Positions 25,741-43,760 of a stretch of DNA of 64,000 nucleotides are shown one piece after another. A program made the position numbers and the translations under genes. Under the pieces are notes generated by a model, which saw nothing but the letters and a program-made list of their open reading frames with translations, was not told the DNA's origin and ran no database searches. Position 1 is the first letter of the stretch, and every line of letters starts with the position of its first letter. Source of the stretch: the human T2T-CHM13v2.0 reference genome, Homo sapiens; the NCBI RefSeq assembly GCF_009914755.1, contig NC_060935.1; one strand, given 5' to 3'.

Positions 25741-27554
25741 TGGTCTCCTGAAATAGCTTGCATTTCCTTCAGATGTGTCCCAAGGCACTCTGATCTTACC
25801 CTTATTATGGCACTGACATTGTAATTGTTGGTTTACTTCTCAGTCTGTCCCAAATATTATTGGAGCTTTAGGACAGGAACTGTATCTTGTTCAGTATACT
25901 CCTGTTACCTAGTGTCGAATGAAGCACTTAAGTTTTGCTCCAAAGCTATTTGCTGGCCTTTACTCATTCATTAAATACCTATTTGTGGAGTGCCTGTCAC
26001 TGTGCTGGGCGCTGGGATATGGCAGCATCAACCATGTTCACTCACAGAGACTATAGCCAGGAAGGGAGTGGCCATACAGAATTATTTAATGAACGCTGTA
26101 ATAATTGCAATAAAACAAAAATACAACATGCTTAAGGCATGTACAAGGGTCCCAACCATGTGTGAAGGCATAGGTAGTTCTTTGAGAAAAGTATATTTTT
26201 AAACTATGAGGAAGACTTATCCATACAAAGAGTTCCAGGGATGGGGGTGGAGCTAGGTGGGTGAAAGGAAGAATCCAGAATGACTGAAGAGCAGAAAATC
26301 TAGGATGGGAAGGTATATGGACTGCTGTGATGGCCACACATCTGAAATCCAGGGAGGTATGAGGACTTGCTTTCTCCAGGTTCCAAGTCCATTAATAGCA
26401 GAATAAGGACTGGAATCCACAGCTTTTTCTCCTGGGCCACACTGTAAACATACAGCTGTGGTTAGGAAAACGAGAGGAAGCCTTGAGTGATGAGAGAGTG
26501 ACAGTGGGCAAAGATCCAGACTGATTACACAAAGGGAAGAGGCAAGTTCACCCTGAAAGTTGCATCATGTTCAGTGGCACTCCATGCTTCTTCCTGAGCC
26601 CTGGCACTTGTGCTGTACCTTATCACAGCACTCCAGCAGGGCTGACAGGTCCTCTGCCCCCCACCATGGGCCTTGCCTGTTTTCCTCTGTTGGAGGGTCT
26701 CCCTGCAGGCTACAGCAGCCAGGACCTTTCTGGGCCACACAGTCTGAATGACCTGCTCTTCCTGAATGCTCTCTCCTGGCAGCGTTCTGCGGGCTGCCGC
26801 CCTAATAGCCTGTCTCCCCACAGGCCCCAAACATGTTGCTGGATCAGAGTTAGTATCTTTCCCACCCGCCAGGCTGTCCCCCGAGGGACTGCCGTCTCCT
26901 GCAAGCTGTAGGGAGATATGCTACGGTGATTCATATTAGCTTGATTTGCAGCCGTTCCACACAGTGTCGCAGAGACCTGCAAAATCCCCACAGTCTTGAT
27001 TAGGTTTGCCTTTTGCTGTTTATCAGTGGTACCTGTCTATTTTTATAGCCACCCTTCAGCCAAATTCAGGATTGCAGCTTTCACGGTGGGAATCATTCCC
27101 TGGTCATGTGCATCTCTCATTCGGGTGTCTTGTGGGCAGTGGGAGAGGAAAGGAAAGCAGAAAGGATGCCCGAGGGGAAGGTATTTGACATTGTGAGGGC
27201 TGCTTTTCTGGTGAGGGCACCGGTCCTTGGTATTCTCTTCCTGGCCAAAACATCTCCCTCCTTAGACCCCTCACATACTTAAACTTAGTTGAGTTGGTGG
27301 GTGGACAAGATGACAGGCAGATGATGAGATAAAAAGATAACATTAAGCGCATTCCCAAAATGCCAGAATCTCTAGGCAGAATGCCAAGTTGTCCTCTCAC
27401 CCAGTGCCCACCTCTGCATCTCAGGTTAAGAGAGTAGCCCAGGCCAGTGATCTGCTTACCTGCTTCCCTCCACAAGGAAGAAGCTCTGGGCAGCAGAGAC
27501 TCTCGTGCTCATGAGCCATCCCCAGCCCCCGTGTGGCTGGCCCAACATCACTCA

Positions 27555-27720
27555 TGATTGCAGTAAATATTTACCTTCTCATCTGTTGCTCACAACCACC
27601 CTGGATCTGGATAAAGTCATTTTGGCTTCTATGCCCATTTCACAGATGGAGAGGTGACCCTCTCAAGGTTACACAGAGCCTGGAGCCAAGCGTGCATCTC
27701 CTAATGTCGCAGCCACTGGG
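27555..27720 (-). mobile_element. MIR fragment
   Basis: 'atgcccatttcacagatgga...caaggttacacag'. Confidence 0.55.
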
Positions 27721-28519
27721 TGAGGGTCTCCTTGTTATCCCAACCCAGCTCCCAGGGAGTTTCCTCACAGTCCAGCAAAGAATCCCACTCCCTACCCCTC
27801 CCCATCAGACACTCCCCCACACCCAACCACCACGCAAACTTCCCTGTTTGGAGTGGTAGAGGGAGGGATGATAAAAGGTATAAAAGAATGAAACATTCTT
27901 ATGTTTGATGATTCCTATTTGATGAATGAAAACAATATTTAATGAGTGCAGGAGGTTTTGAACCTACCTAAAATGGAGGGAAGATTTAGCCCTCTGCATT
28001 TCCAAGACCTCATCTTTGTCCTGTGTGAATTCTTACCATTAATAGCAAAATTGCAGACAGGGGGAGTACTACATTCCTCCTTAAGAAGAGAATGCCATTG
28101 TTGACATGGGAAGATGGTTCTTGAGAAGGGGTTGGAGGTAGGCAAGCTCATTTGTTCTTTATTCCCCGCCAGTCCGTGAGGAAATGTCAGACAACAAGAC
28201 CTATCCCTTCATGGACTCCATAGTTTAGTGAGGGAAAAGGATATTAAGTAAATAATTATCTCATTACAAATTGTGATGAGTGCTCAGTAGAATAAGTTTC
28301 TGTGTGAGAAACTGACAGAGGATCTTCTTTACATTGGAGGATGTTGGGGAAGACACCTTTGAGGAAGTGACAGTTAACCTGAGATGACAAAGATCAACGC
28401 TGCCTGGTTAAGTCTGGCTAATGAATTGTTCAAGACCACATGGTTAGGACAACTGAGACACAGTACAGTGGGGCTGCGGGGACTAGGGGTCAGAGGACCT
28501 CAAGTCTGAAACTTAAAAA

Positions 28520-29700
<1,181 letters not shown>

Positions 29701-29919
29701 CAGACTTTTTAAAAAATTATACTTTAAGTTCTAGGGTACATGTGCACAACGTGCAGGTTGTTACATAGGTATACACGTGCCATGTTGGTTTGCTGCACCC
29801 ATTAACTCGTCATTTACATTAGGTATTTCTCCTAATGCTATCCCTCTCCCTATCCCCAACCCCACAATAGGCACCGGGGTGGTAGGTTCCCCGCCCTGTT
29901 TCCAAATGTCTCCATTGTT

Positions 29920-33730
<3,811 letters not shown>

Positions 33731-33843
33731 TATGTCAGCTGGTTATTTTGCCCGTTAGTTGATGCAGTTTCTTCCTAGCATTGATGGTCTTTACAATCTG
33801 GCATGTTTTTGCAGTGGCTGGTACCAGTTTTTCCTTTCCATGT

Positions 33844-34814
33844 TTAGTGTTCCTTCAGGAGCTCTTGTAAGGCAGGCCTGGTGGTGAGAAAATCTCTCAG
33901 CATTTGCTTGTCTGTAAAGGATTTTATTTCTCCTTCACTTATGAAGCTTAGTTTGGCTGGATATGAAATTGTGGGTTGAAAATTCTTTTCTTTAAGAATG
34001 TTGAATATTAGCCCCCACTCTCTTCTGACTTGTAGAGTTTCTGCCGAGGGATCCTCTGTAGTCTGATGGGCTTCCATTTGTTGTTAACCTGACCTTTCTC
34101 TCTGGCTGCCCTTAAAATTTTTTCCTTCATTTCAACCTTGGTGAATCTGACAATTATGTGTCTTGGGGTTGCTCTTCTTGAGGAGTATCTTTGTGGTGTC
34201 CTCTGTATTTCCTGAATTTGAATGTTGGCCTGCCTTGCTAGGTTGGGGAAGTTCTCCTGGATAATGTCCTGAAGAGTGTTTTCCAACTTGGTTCCATTCT
34301 CCCTGTCACTTTCAGGTACACCAGTCAGACGTAGATTTGGTCTTTTCACATAGTCCCATATTTCTTGGAGACTTTGTTCGTTTCCTTTTACTCTTTTTTC
34401 TCTAAACTTTGCTTCTTGCTTTATTTCATTAATTTGACCTTCAATCACCGATACCCTTTCTTCCACTTGATCAAATCGGCTGTTGAAGTTTGTGCATGTG
34501 TCACGTAGTTCTCATGCCATGGTTTTCAGCTCCGTTGGGTCATTTAAGGTCTTCTCCACACTGTTTATTGTAGTTAGCCATTCGTCTAATCTTTTTTCAA
34601 GGTTTTTAGCTTCCTTGTGATGGATTCGAACATCCTCCTTTAGCTTGGAGAAGTTTGTTATTACTGACCTTCTGAAGGCTACTTCTGTCAGCTCATCAAA
34701 GTCATTCTCCATCCAGCTTTGTTCCATTGCTGGAGAGGAACTGCAGTCCTTTGGAGGAGAAGAGACGCTCTGGTTTTTAGAATTTTTAGCTTTTCTGCTC
34801 TGGTTTCTCCTCAT
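33844..34814 (-). pseudogene. L1 ORF1p (RNA-binding protein), disrupted
   Basis: Fragments MRRNQSRKAKNSKNQS..., SLQEIWDYVKRPNLRL..., YPAKLSFISEGEIKSF are split across three ORFs by stops and frameshifts. Confidence 0.95.
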
Positions 34815-35415
34815 CTTTGTGGTCTTTATCTACCTTTACTCTTTGATGATGGTGACCTATAGATGGGGTTTTGGTATGGATGTCCTTTTTGTTGATGCTG
34901 ATGCTATTCTTTTCTGTTTGTTAGTTTTCCTTCTAACAGTGAGGTCCCTCAGCTGCAGGTCTGTTGGAGTTTGCTGGAGGTCCACTCCAGACCCTCTTTT
35001 CCTGGGTATCACCAGCGGAGGCTGCAGAATAGCAGATATTGCAGAACAGCGAATATTGCTTCCTGATCCTTCCTCTGGAAGCTTCATCCCAGAGGGTCAT
35101 CTGCCTGTATGAGGTGTCAGTCGGCCCCTACTTGGAGGTGTCTCCCAGTTAGGCTACTCGGGGGTCAGGGACTCACTTGGGGAGGCAGTCTGTCCGTTCT
35201 CCAAGCTCAAACACCATGCTGGGAGAACCACTGCTCTCTTCAGAGCTGTCAGTCAGGGTTGTTTAAGTCTGCAGAAGTTTCTGCTGACTTTTGTTCAGCT
35301 ATGCCCTACCCACAAAGGTAGAGACTACAGAGGCAGTTGGTCTTTCTGAGCTATGGTGGGCTCCACCCAGTTCGAGCTTCCCAGGATGCTTTGTTTACCT
35401 ACTCAAGTCTCAGCA

Positions 35416-35748
35416 ATGGTGGATGCCCCTCCCCCTGCCAGGCTGCTGCCTTGCAGGTTGATCTCAGACTGCTGTGCTAGCAGCGAGCAAAGCTCTGTGG
35501 GCATGGGACCGGCCTAGTCATGCACGGGATATAATCTCCTGGTGTGCTGTTTGCTAAGACCATTGGAAAAGTGCAGTATTTGGGAGGGAGTGTCCCGTTT
35601 TTCCAGGTACCATCTGTCATGGCTTCCCTTGGCTAGGAAAGGAAAATCCCCTGACCCCTTGAGCTTCTCAGGTAAGGCGATGCCCTGCCCTGTTTCAGCT
35701 CACCCTCCATGGGCTGCACCCACTGTCCAACTAGTCCCAGTGAGATGA
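35416..35748 (+). pseudogene. L1 antisense ORF0 homolog with premature stop, in the antisense-promoter region
   Basis: ATG at 35416 gives MVDAPPPARLLPCRLISDCCASSEQSSVGMGPA* (TAG 35515-35517). The same frame continues ...LLRPLEKCSIWEGVSRFSR, similar to L1 ORF0. Confidence 0.75.
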
Positions 35749-36384
35749 ACCAAGTACCTCAGTTGGAAATGCAGAAGTCACCCATCTTCTGCATTGATTA
35801 CGCTGGGCACTGCAGACCAGAGCTGTTCCTATTCGGCCATCTTAGGCTTTTTTTTTTTTTTTTAACTACTCTCCTTTGTACTTAATACATTTCTCTTCTA
35901 TCAGTTTTGAAAATGTATCTTGTGGTATTTATTTTTTAATTTTCTCCTCTTATTTTCTTGTTTTCTTTCTGGCAGTTTTTTAAAAAGATGTTTTATTATT
36001 TTCTGTCATTTATATTTTCTATATTTTTTGTTCTGATTTCTAGGAGAGTTCTCCAACTTTATCCTCCTATATTTAAAATTAATGTTCCTTAAAAAAATTT
36101 AACCTATAACTTCTTTTAATTTCTAGGAGTTCTTTATTATTCTCTGCTTATTGTTATTTATTTATTTTTCTGTTGAGAGGTGGGTGCTAAAAAGCCCTTT
36201 GGAAGCTCTACACATAAGTTTGTTGACTCAAGGGCTTCTCTTTAGGTTAAGTGGGAGCTACACATTTTGGTGAAGATCCCTCAAGTGTCAGTAATTTTTT
36301 CTGTATTCTTGTGGGTGGCTTTTTCAGAGAAAACTTCCAATCTGCTTAAGTTCCTCCTTTTCTGACTCTACCATGCTTTATTAC

Positions 36385-36577
36385 CAAGTGGTTCTCAAAC
36401 TTAGACATGCATCAGAATCCCTGGGGAGCCTGGGACAACACAGTCTGCTAGGTCCCTGCCCCTTCACACTTTCTGATTCTGTAGGTCTTGGATGGCCCCT
36501 GAAAGTGCATCTCTAACAAGTTCCTGGGTGATGATGATTCTGTTGGTTTGGGAACTACATTTTTGAAAACCACTACT
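36385..36577. mobile_element. MER5A MITE
   Basis: 'agtggttctcaaactt...gcatcagaatcc...tctaacaagttcctgggtgatg...tttgaaaaccact'. Confidence 0.85.
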
Positions 36578-38299
36578 CTAGAGAATAAGCTCTCTATCTC
36601 TTCCCAGGAAAGCAGTTTAGCTCTCAGGTTCCACAGATGAGTGACGGAATGTAACTCTTCCTCATACAGACTTTCAACAGTTGTCTTGTTTTTTGTGCCA
36701 CCCCTCACCACAGCCTCCATAAAAAAAAAAAAAAAAAAAAAAAAAAATTCATGCCCGTGTCTGGGGGTTTGCAGCCTGAATCAGCTTGCTTCTCCTCCCC
36801 AGGCATTTCAGTTTTTGCTTTCCCTGCTTTGCTGAATCAGTTACCATTCATTCATCTGCTTTCCATCCTATACAATTTTGCCAACGTGTTTCATCTGCTG
36901 ATGTTTTCTCTCATTTTATTTGTCTATATAGATTGTTTAAACCATTGTTTTAAAGGGGTATTGGGAGGAAGTAGAAGTTAATCCAGTTCTTCAGGCCACT
37001 GTAATTAGTCATGTCAGGAATTATTTTGATTGCAAGCCATTGTCTTTCTTTCCTATATTAAGCACAGCTCTTTTTGGTCATGCAGTTAGAATGAGCTGAT
37101 GCGTCTCCAACCAAAGCCCAGAGACCGTGAATGTGCCATTATCCTAATCATGCAAAGCACTCTCATTTCTATTCTTGCTGAGGGAGGAATGCTTCCCAGA
37201 ACTAAATTCCTAACTACGGAAAGAAGAAAAGGCAGTTTGAGAATTTCTTGACTGTTTGGAAATTTTTTCTAGCACAACAAGCTGTTTATCCTTTACTCTG
37301 ATTCTTATTGAATTAAGGAAGGAGAAAAGAAATCAATTCACTCTCCATATGCTGCACAGCAAAAACCACCACTCACAACACTATGGAATATGTAGGGAAG
37401 GGGAAAAGAAGATAAATCCATCAACTAACAAGATAAGTGCCTTGTTCCTCCATCTGTTACTGCTGTGTCCTTATCTAGGATTGGAGCATGGCAGCTCCGA
37501 TATATCTCGTGTCAGGTATTATATTCCAAACCCATATGAATGAATTTTCATGCTAGTAACCATCCATGATCTAGCCCAGCCACAGCTAAATTTGTCCTAA
37601 GGCACCAACTGTCTTTTGCATTTGGAAGTCCATTGAATTCACAGACTGGAATAGGGTTGTCTGCTGCTGCCAGAGGATGGTATCTCTCTGTAGCTTTTCC
37701 AGCACGGCTGTCTCTGTTGTGCTAGAGCTGGTGCTGATGACTTACTTGATTCACTCCTGAGGAAGTGCTGATGTTCTTCCAGGAGATAGGGAAAACACTG
37801 GAGGCCTGGAGAAAATGTCTATAGAAGGCCCATAGATGGGTACATCAACAAGAGATTGAATCATTATTTAGGTGATTGATTAGATGCACCACTCCTCAGA
37901 TCACAGGGTAAAAATTCAGAAGACTGTTCAATTGGAATGATATCTCACGCTCTTCAGCAGCCCCAATTATGCGGAGATGATTTCCTCATTCACAAACAGT
38001 TTATTTTCAGGACTGAGCCTTAACTGAGCATCCAGGTGCAGAAGCGGAGATGATGACATGTGGCATGGGAACCCGTGATTGTGGCATTTTTGACAAGGGC
38101 TGAAAGTCGCAGTAGACAGATAAAACTTGTTTGCATCCGTGGTTGAGACTGAGACTCACATTTTATTATAGCAATTGTGTGATCCATCTATGTTAACATC
38201 ACTGTCTTCATCATCCTCCTCATCGATGACAGCAATAGCAGCAGCAGCAGCAGCAGCAATACAACAGAGGGGACATGACAGCTTTCAGTGCATGGTCAA

Positions 38300-38956
38300 A
38301 TTCTTTTTATTTTATTTTAGATTGGGGGTGTACCCATGCAGGTTTGTGTCATGGGTATATTACATAATGACAGGGATTGGGCTTCTAGTGTACCCATCAA
38401 CCAAATAGTGAACACTGTACCCAATAGGTAAGTTTTCAACCCTCATCCCTTTCCCATCTTCCCCCCTTTTGGAGTCCCAAGTCTCTATTAGTTCTGTCTT
38501 TATGTCCATGTGTACCCATTGCTTAGCTCCCACTTATAAGTGAGAACATGCAGCATTTGACTTTCTGTTTCCGAGTTATTTCACTTAGGATAATGGCCTC
38601 CAGGTCATCCATGTCACTACAAAGGACATAATTTCATCGTTTTATGGCTTTATAGTATTCCGTTATATATATACGTGTATATATTATATATATGTGTGTG
38701 TATATATATATATACACACACAGACACACACAAACACCACATTTTCTTTATGCAATCAATCATTGGTGGACACTTAGGTTGATTCTGTGCCTTTACTATT
38801 GTGAGTAGTGTTGTGATAAACACACACGTGCAGGTATCTTTTCTATATATAATAATTTCTTTTCCTTTGGTAGATGCCCAGTAGTGGGAATGCTGGGTTG
38901 AATGGTAGTTCTATTTTTAGTTCTTTGAGAAATACCCATACTATTTTCCATAGAAG
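38300..38956 (-). mobile_element. 5'-truncated L1 3' end (L1PA15/16-like) with internal (TA)/(CA) microsatellite
   Basis: 'gtacccaataggta...ttttggagtccc...ttagctcccacttataagtgagaacatgc'. Confidence 0.88.
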
Positions 38957-39443
38957 GAGATATTCTTACCTGTTTCCATCTCCGTCTTCAGAACTTGAGG
39001 GCATCTAATACACAGTACGTGTGGTGAGCTGAACAGGGTAAGCTAGATTTGCTGCGGTGTTTAAAGAGAGATACAATGAGTAACTCAACTTTATAAGTGG
39101 TAGAGCACTGGAAAGAAGGGAAATGGGTTGAAAATATTTAGTAACAAAATTCAACAATGAAGACTGGCCATATTGTAACAGAATAAAGAAGAGGGAAAGA
39201 AGAAGCTTGTCTTTTCCATTTCAAGCTAGAATGCCTGGGTGTATGGTTGTATCATATTTGGAGAATAAGAGAAAAGTCGGTCATATTGCAGAAGAAAATA
39301 TATTTTCTTGGAATATACTGAGATTGAGGTGCCTGTGAATCATCCAGAGAAGCCTGTCCTGCAAGTAGTGAGTACATGAGTCAAACTCAAGGGAGATGCC
39401 CAAGGCTGGAAATATATGCATCGAGCCATCAGTGCACAGGTGG

Positions 39444-39979
39444 TGTGGTAGGTCACCCCTAAGACAGTCCCCAGTGGTCCCCATTGACTGATCTCCATGC
39501 CCTGTGTTATTCCCTTTCCTAACTGTGGGCTGGACTTATTTATTCAATTTTAATGAGTAGACCACAGAAGCAGCTATGGGAACTCACTTCCAAGGTTATG
39601 TTATAAAAGAAGAGTGACTTCCATCTTAAGATGTCTTTATCTGTCCTTCTTGAATCACTTGCCTTGGTGAATGCCAACTTCCATGGCATGAGGTGTCACT
39701 GTGCAGAGACCCACCCACCTGCCAAGGAAACAAGGCCTGTAAGAAGCATGTGAATAAGCTTGGAGGAAGATACCTCCATACCTACATTTGAGTCTTCAGA
39801 TAAAACTATAGTTCCAGATGACATCTTTGCTGCAACCTCATAAGAGATCTTGACCAGAGACACTCAGCTAAGCCTCATTCTGCTTCCCGACCTACAGAAT
39901 CTGTGAGATAGAAAATGTTTGCGTTATTAAATTGCAAGTTTTACAGTGATCCGTTACAAAGTAATAGAAAACTTACATA
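39444..39979 (+). mobile_element. MaLR solo LTR (MLT1F-like) nested in a minus-strand L2 (~39020-40810)
   Basis: Start 'tgtggtagg...tgtgggctggactta'; end 'cctacagaatctgtgagata...gttacaaagtaatagaaaact'. Confidence 0.8.
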
Positions 39980-41681
39980 GTTAGTTAAAAGAATGAGAAT
40001 AGTTGAGAGTTGAGCTCATTTAAGAAAAGGTGGTAGAGAAAGGGAAGTCAAACCCTGATGCTCAACAGTGGCTAAAGGTTAGAACCAAAAAAAAAAAAAA
40101 AAAAAAAAATAGAAGCCAATGTGGGGGACAGAAAGAAGAAATGGAAGAAACAATAAGAATGAAATGAGAAAAAGCAGGGGCAACTTGACATTATAAAAGT
40201 CCAAGGAGTGCGTCTTATGGAAAGAGAAAGAAAAGGGATCAGATTGCTCATATCAAATGCTGCAGATGGTTCGAGTAATACAAGGTTTGAAATGACCTAC
40301 AAATTTTGCAGTTAGGAGGTCTTGGGTGATCTGACTAAAAGCAGTTTCAATAGAATAGGGAGGATAGAAACTAGAGAGTTGGGGCTTGAGAAATAGAAAG
40401 GGAAAGAGATCATGGACTATGTTTTGAGAAGAATGAATTGAGGAAGGAAGGAGAAAGATTGGATGGTGAAGAAGGTCATGGCATAAATTGAGGGCTTTGC
40501 ATGGAAGGTTCTTGAATGTGTTTATGACTATACTAGAGCCTTAAGAAGTGTGGTTGTGGGGGGTGTGGCACAGAACATTTAGGTTAGGTTAAAGATGACC
40601 AACAGAAGAAAGCCATGATACAGAAAGAGTGGAGAAGTTGGGGTCAAGGATACAAGTGGAATCAGTTGATCTAACAGGGCTTTCTGTTGGCTAAGACTGG
40701 AGAGAAGATGTAAGAGAAGGTTATATGTGGGTACAAATGTGTTTCCTGGAAGGATGATGAGAAATAGTGAGATTACATTAGACCTTGATTTTCTCATAAA
40801 ATCAGGAAAGGGGTACGTATCAAATCAGTGCTTCTCAAACTTTTCCATAAGTAAATATCTTAATGAGAGAGAAAAGTAAGTGCATATCCATAGCAACCTG
40901 AAGTCATAGTATAATACCAAGAAGTCAGCAGCAATATTGGAATTTCACATCAATTATTAATCTATCCTATTTGTATGATGATCCTTATTATAGCCATTTT
41001 TAATATAAAACATTTTGAATTAGTGATAATATTTAACTTTCCTCCCAAATGATTAGAGCACACTGCATGCTTCTGAGAGCTGCATTGTATTTCTCCTGTG
41101 GCATTTGTATCTCCGTACACTGCCCTGTACCCCTAAGGGTATGTATACAGCCATGCAGAGACCCAGCTTTACACTATCAGCACCCACTGACACATTTGCA
41201 CATTCAGATTTGAGATTCATTTAGTTCTCATTGGTCACCTTAGGAAGCACAGTGCATCATCTGAATGCATGAATGAGAAAAGGAAAATTCACTTTTAGTT
41301 GAAGAGATGAGGTGAGAAAGCAGATAGGCAAAGAAGACAAGACCTGGGGATCACTGTCTAAACTGGGTAGACCTGTTTAGCATACCAGAGATAGGGCTGT
41401 GACCTTGTGGGGTGTGACAGATGAGCTAACCAACTTTGAGGTCAGAGATGGCTTGTGGTAATCAGTCCCAGAGTGTGGGAGCAGGAGAGAGAGACATGGA
41501 AGTGTTTAGAGGTGTACTAGTGTAAGTGACCAGGACACATGTGACTTGCTTGTTTTTCCAAATGATGAGCCTGGCAAGCATTCACAATTCCTGCAAGATG
41601 AGATTTATCCAAGTACCATCCAACCACCTTTGCTTTTGGGGTGCACTCTATTGTGAGCCCAATTATTTTTTTCTTTGAGGT

Positions 41682-41899
41682 CAAGGGTTAGCAAACTCAG
41701 CAAAACCCACCGGTCAAATGCAGCCTGCCACTTATTAGTTTCTACTGGAGCATAACGGTGCTCATTAATTGACATACTGTCTATGGCTGCTTCTTCCCTA
41801 CAAGGATAGATCTGAGTAATTGTGACAAAGACTTGATGGCCTGCAAAGGCTAACATAGTTACTATCCAGTTATTTATAGAAATCAATTGCCCACCCCAT
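41682..41899. mobile_element. MER58A (hAT-Charlie) MITE
   Basis: 'caagggttagcaaact...gtctatggctgctt...gagtaattgtgacaaagac..tggcctgcaaaggctaacata'. Confidence 0.8.
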
Positions 41900-43199
41900 T
41901 CTAGTTTGACCTATCTCAGCAACTAAAACTTCCAGATAATTTCTGCAGAGTTTTCAAATATCCAACTTAAGACATCACACGTCTTAAGTCCAACCCAATT
42001 CCCCAAGCCTACTGGAGGAAGGGCTATCTTATAGATCAGAGATTTCCCAGCCTTCATCTGAGCCCCACTTAAGTTTGGTGTTGTGAGGCTATGGAAATGT
42101 TCTGTGCTGAAATACAATTTGCATTCTGGACAACTGTTCTATTACCGTCCCTAGGAGAGAACTTCCCAGGCCCGGCTCAGCCTCAGGGTGTTTTCCCAAA
42201 TTCACCAGCCTGCAGATGGAAACCGCCTGTGCATTGTCTCCTTTCACCCTTCCCAGCTGTTCTTCTCCCAAATTTCCCTTTTCTTTCCTTTTAGAATTTC
42301 CAAAAGAGCACACTCAGAGTTTTAGACAAACTCTGTTCTCTCTTTCTTCTGTGATGCTCAGTAGAGATGATAAACAGTACTAGTTAGAACATTAAAAAAA
42401 ATGAATTCTTCATATAAAAGGGTTTATTCCATCCATCCCACCTAGGCGCACATTCGCCTTCCTCTGCCTCCCCTTTGAAATCCAGAGCTTCCTGGAGTCA
42501 ACTGAAACAAGAGCTCATGGCCTCACCCACAGCACTTGGATCCCATGTAGAAGTCGTAAGTTCTTCTCTGACTCAAGGTTTGGGATCAAGTCAACTCTAA
42601 GTACACATATGTATGGCCATTGCTGACTACATGTGATTCATGAGGGTTAATGCAGTTTGTAAGACCCAGATGACTTATAATGCTCAGCATACTTGGAGGC
42701 CTCCATCCTTACTGCTATCTAGAGTATTTCTAGGACACATGTCATCATTTGAATAGGTCCCAGCTAAAAGCTGGCTGTGGTCCTTCACAGCGATCAGAGG
42801 AGAGGCTGATGGAAAGCACATACTTTTAACTGTTAGCCTAACTGAAAAGAATGTCAGAAAGGAAAGATAGAAATGGAATATGCATATGACTGTGTTAAGA
42901 CACACCAAAGCTGGAAATAATTATTTTTGCTTTGATAGTCTCCTAATTTACATGACCCAGGCTAAGGCTGCTGCTTATTAGCATGGGTCATTGAGCTGTC
43001 TGTATCTGCAGGGAGATGAATATTCTCCTTTAGAGCAACTTCCAGGCTTTCAGGAATTGTATACGGGGATAGAACCACATGGTTTTGCGATGGCCAAGAG
43101 GGCTGGTTGGAGTGCCTCGGATGTGATTTTGGACCCCCAAGGTTAGGGGAGTTACCTCCTCTCTGACCTTTTCCTAGCCGCTGCTTCTGTTTATCATTT

Positions 43200-43760
43200 T
43201 ATCTTGTCAGAGTTCACGTGCTAACCATGAAATAAAGAGACCCCCCTTCCCTTTGCTTCCCACTTGGGCCCTGATGAATTTTGGTTGCCTCTTCAGAGGC
43301 TCCGAAATCCCTGCTCTAATTTCAATTAGAGCGCTCCCTGTGGCCGTGCAGGCTGGGGCTGCAGAATCAATTCCTAATCCCCACATTAGCACTGATTCAT
43401 CTCTTTCCTGAGCTCTAGCACCGGCAGCTCTCGGGAGAGGGAGGGAGTGAGAATTGAGCAATCTTTCAGAAGAATAAATATGGTTTGTTTGTATTTGTAT
43501 TTGTTTCCACGCTGCATTCTGATTGCATCCCATGCCTTGACACCACAATTATTATTAATTTCCCCGTCTGCTCTTCAATTCTTGCTGCCACAAAGACGAG
43601 ATGATGGATAATGTTAGATGTGGTAATTGGATGAGTTGGGGGAAGGGAGAGAAGAGGGGAGACAGATGTTTCATTATGAGATTTTGCATCTCCATTTGGG
43701 CCTCCAGCACAGAGGCCTGAACCGCAGCCGCCATCATGCACCGCAGATGAGGGCTCCCGT
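43200..43760. promoter_or_regulatory. Candidate homeodomain-rich enhancer island
   Basis: Palindrome GCTCTAATT-tc-AATTAGAGC at 43313-43332, TAATCC at 43375, FOX-like TGTTTGT, AATTATTATTAATT, TTTTGCAT at 43682; non-repeat with retained CpGs. Confidence 0.4.

Noticed and set aside
38175-38408. Poly-Ser/poly-Ala ORF with (GCA)7 repeat
   Set aside because: A short simple repeat at an L1 junction, non-ATG start, running into L1 3' sequence.
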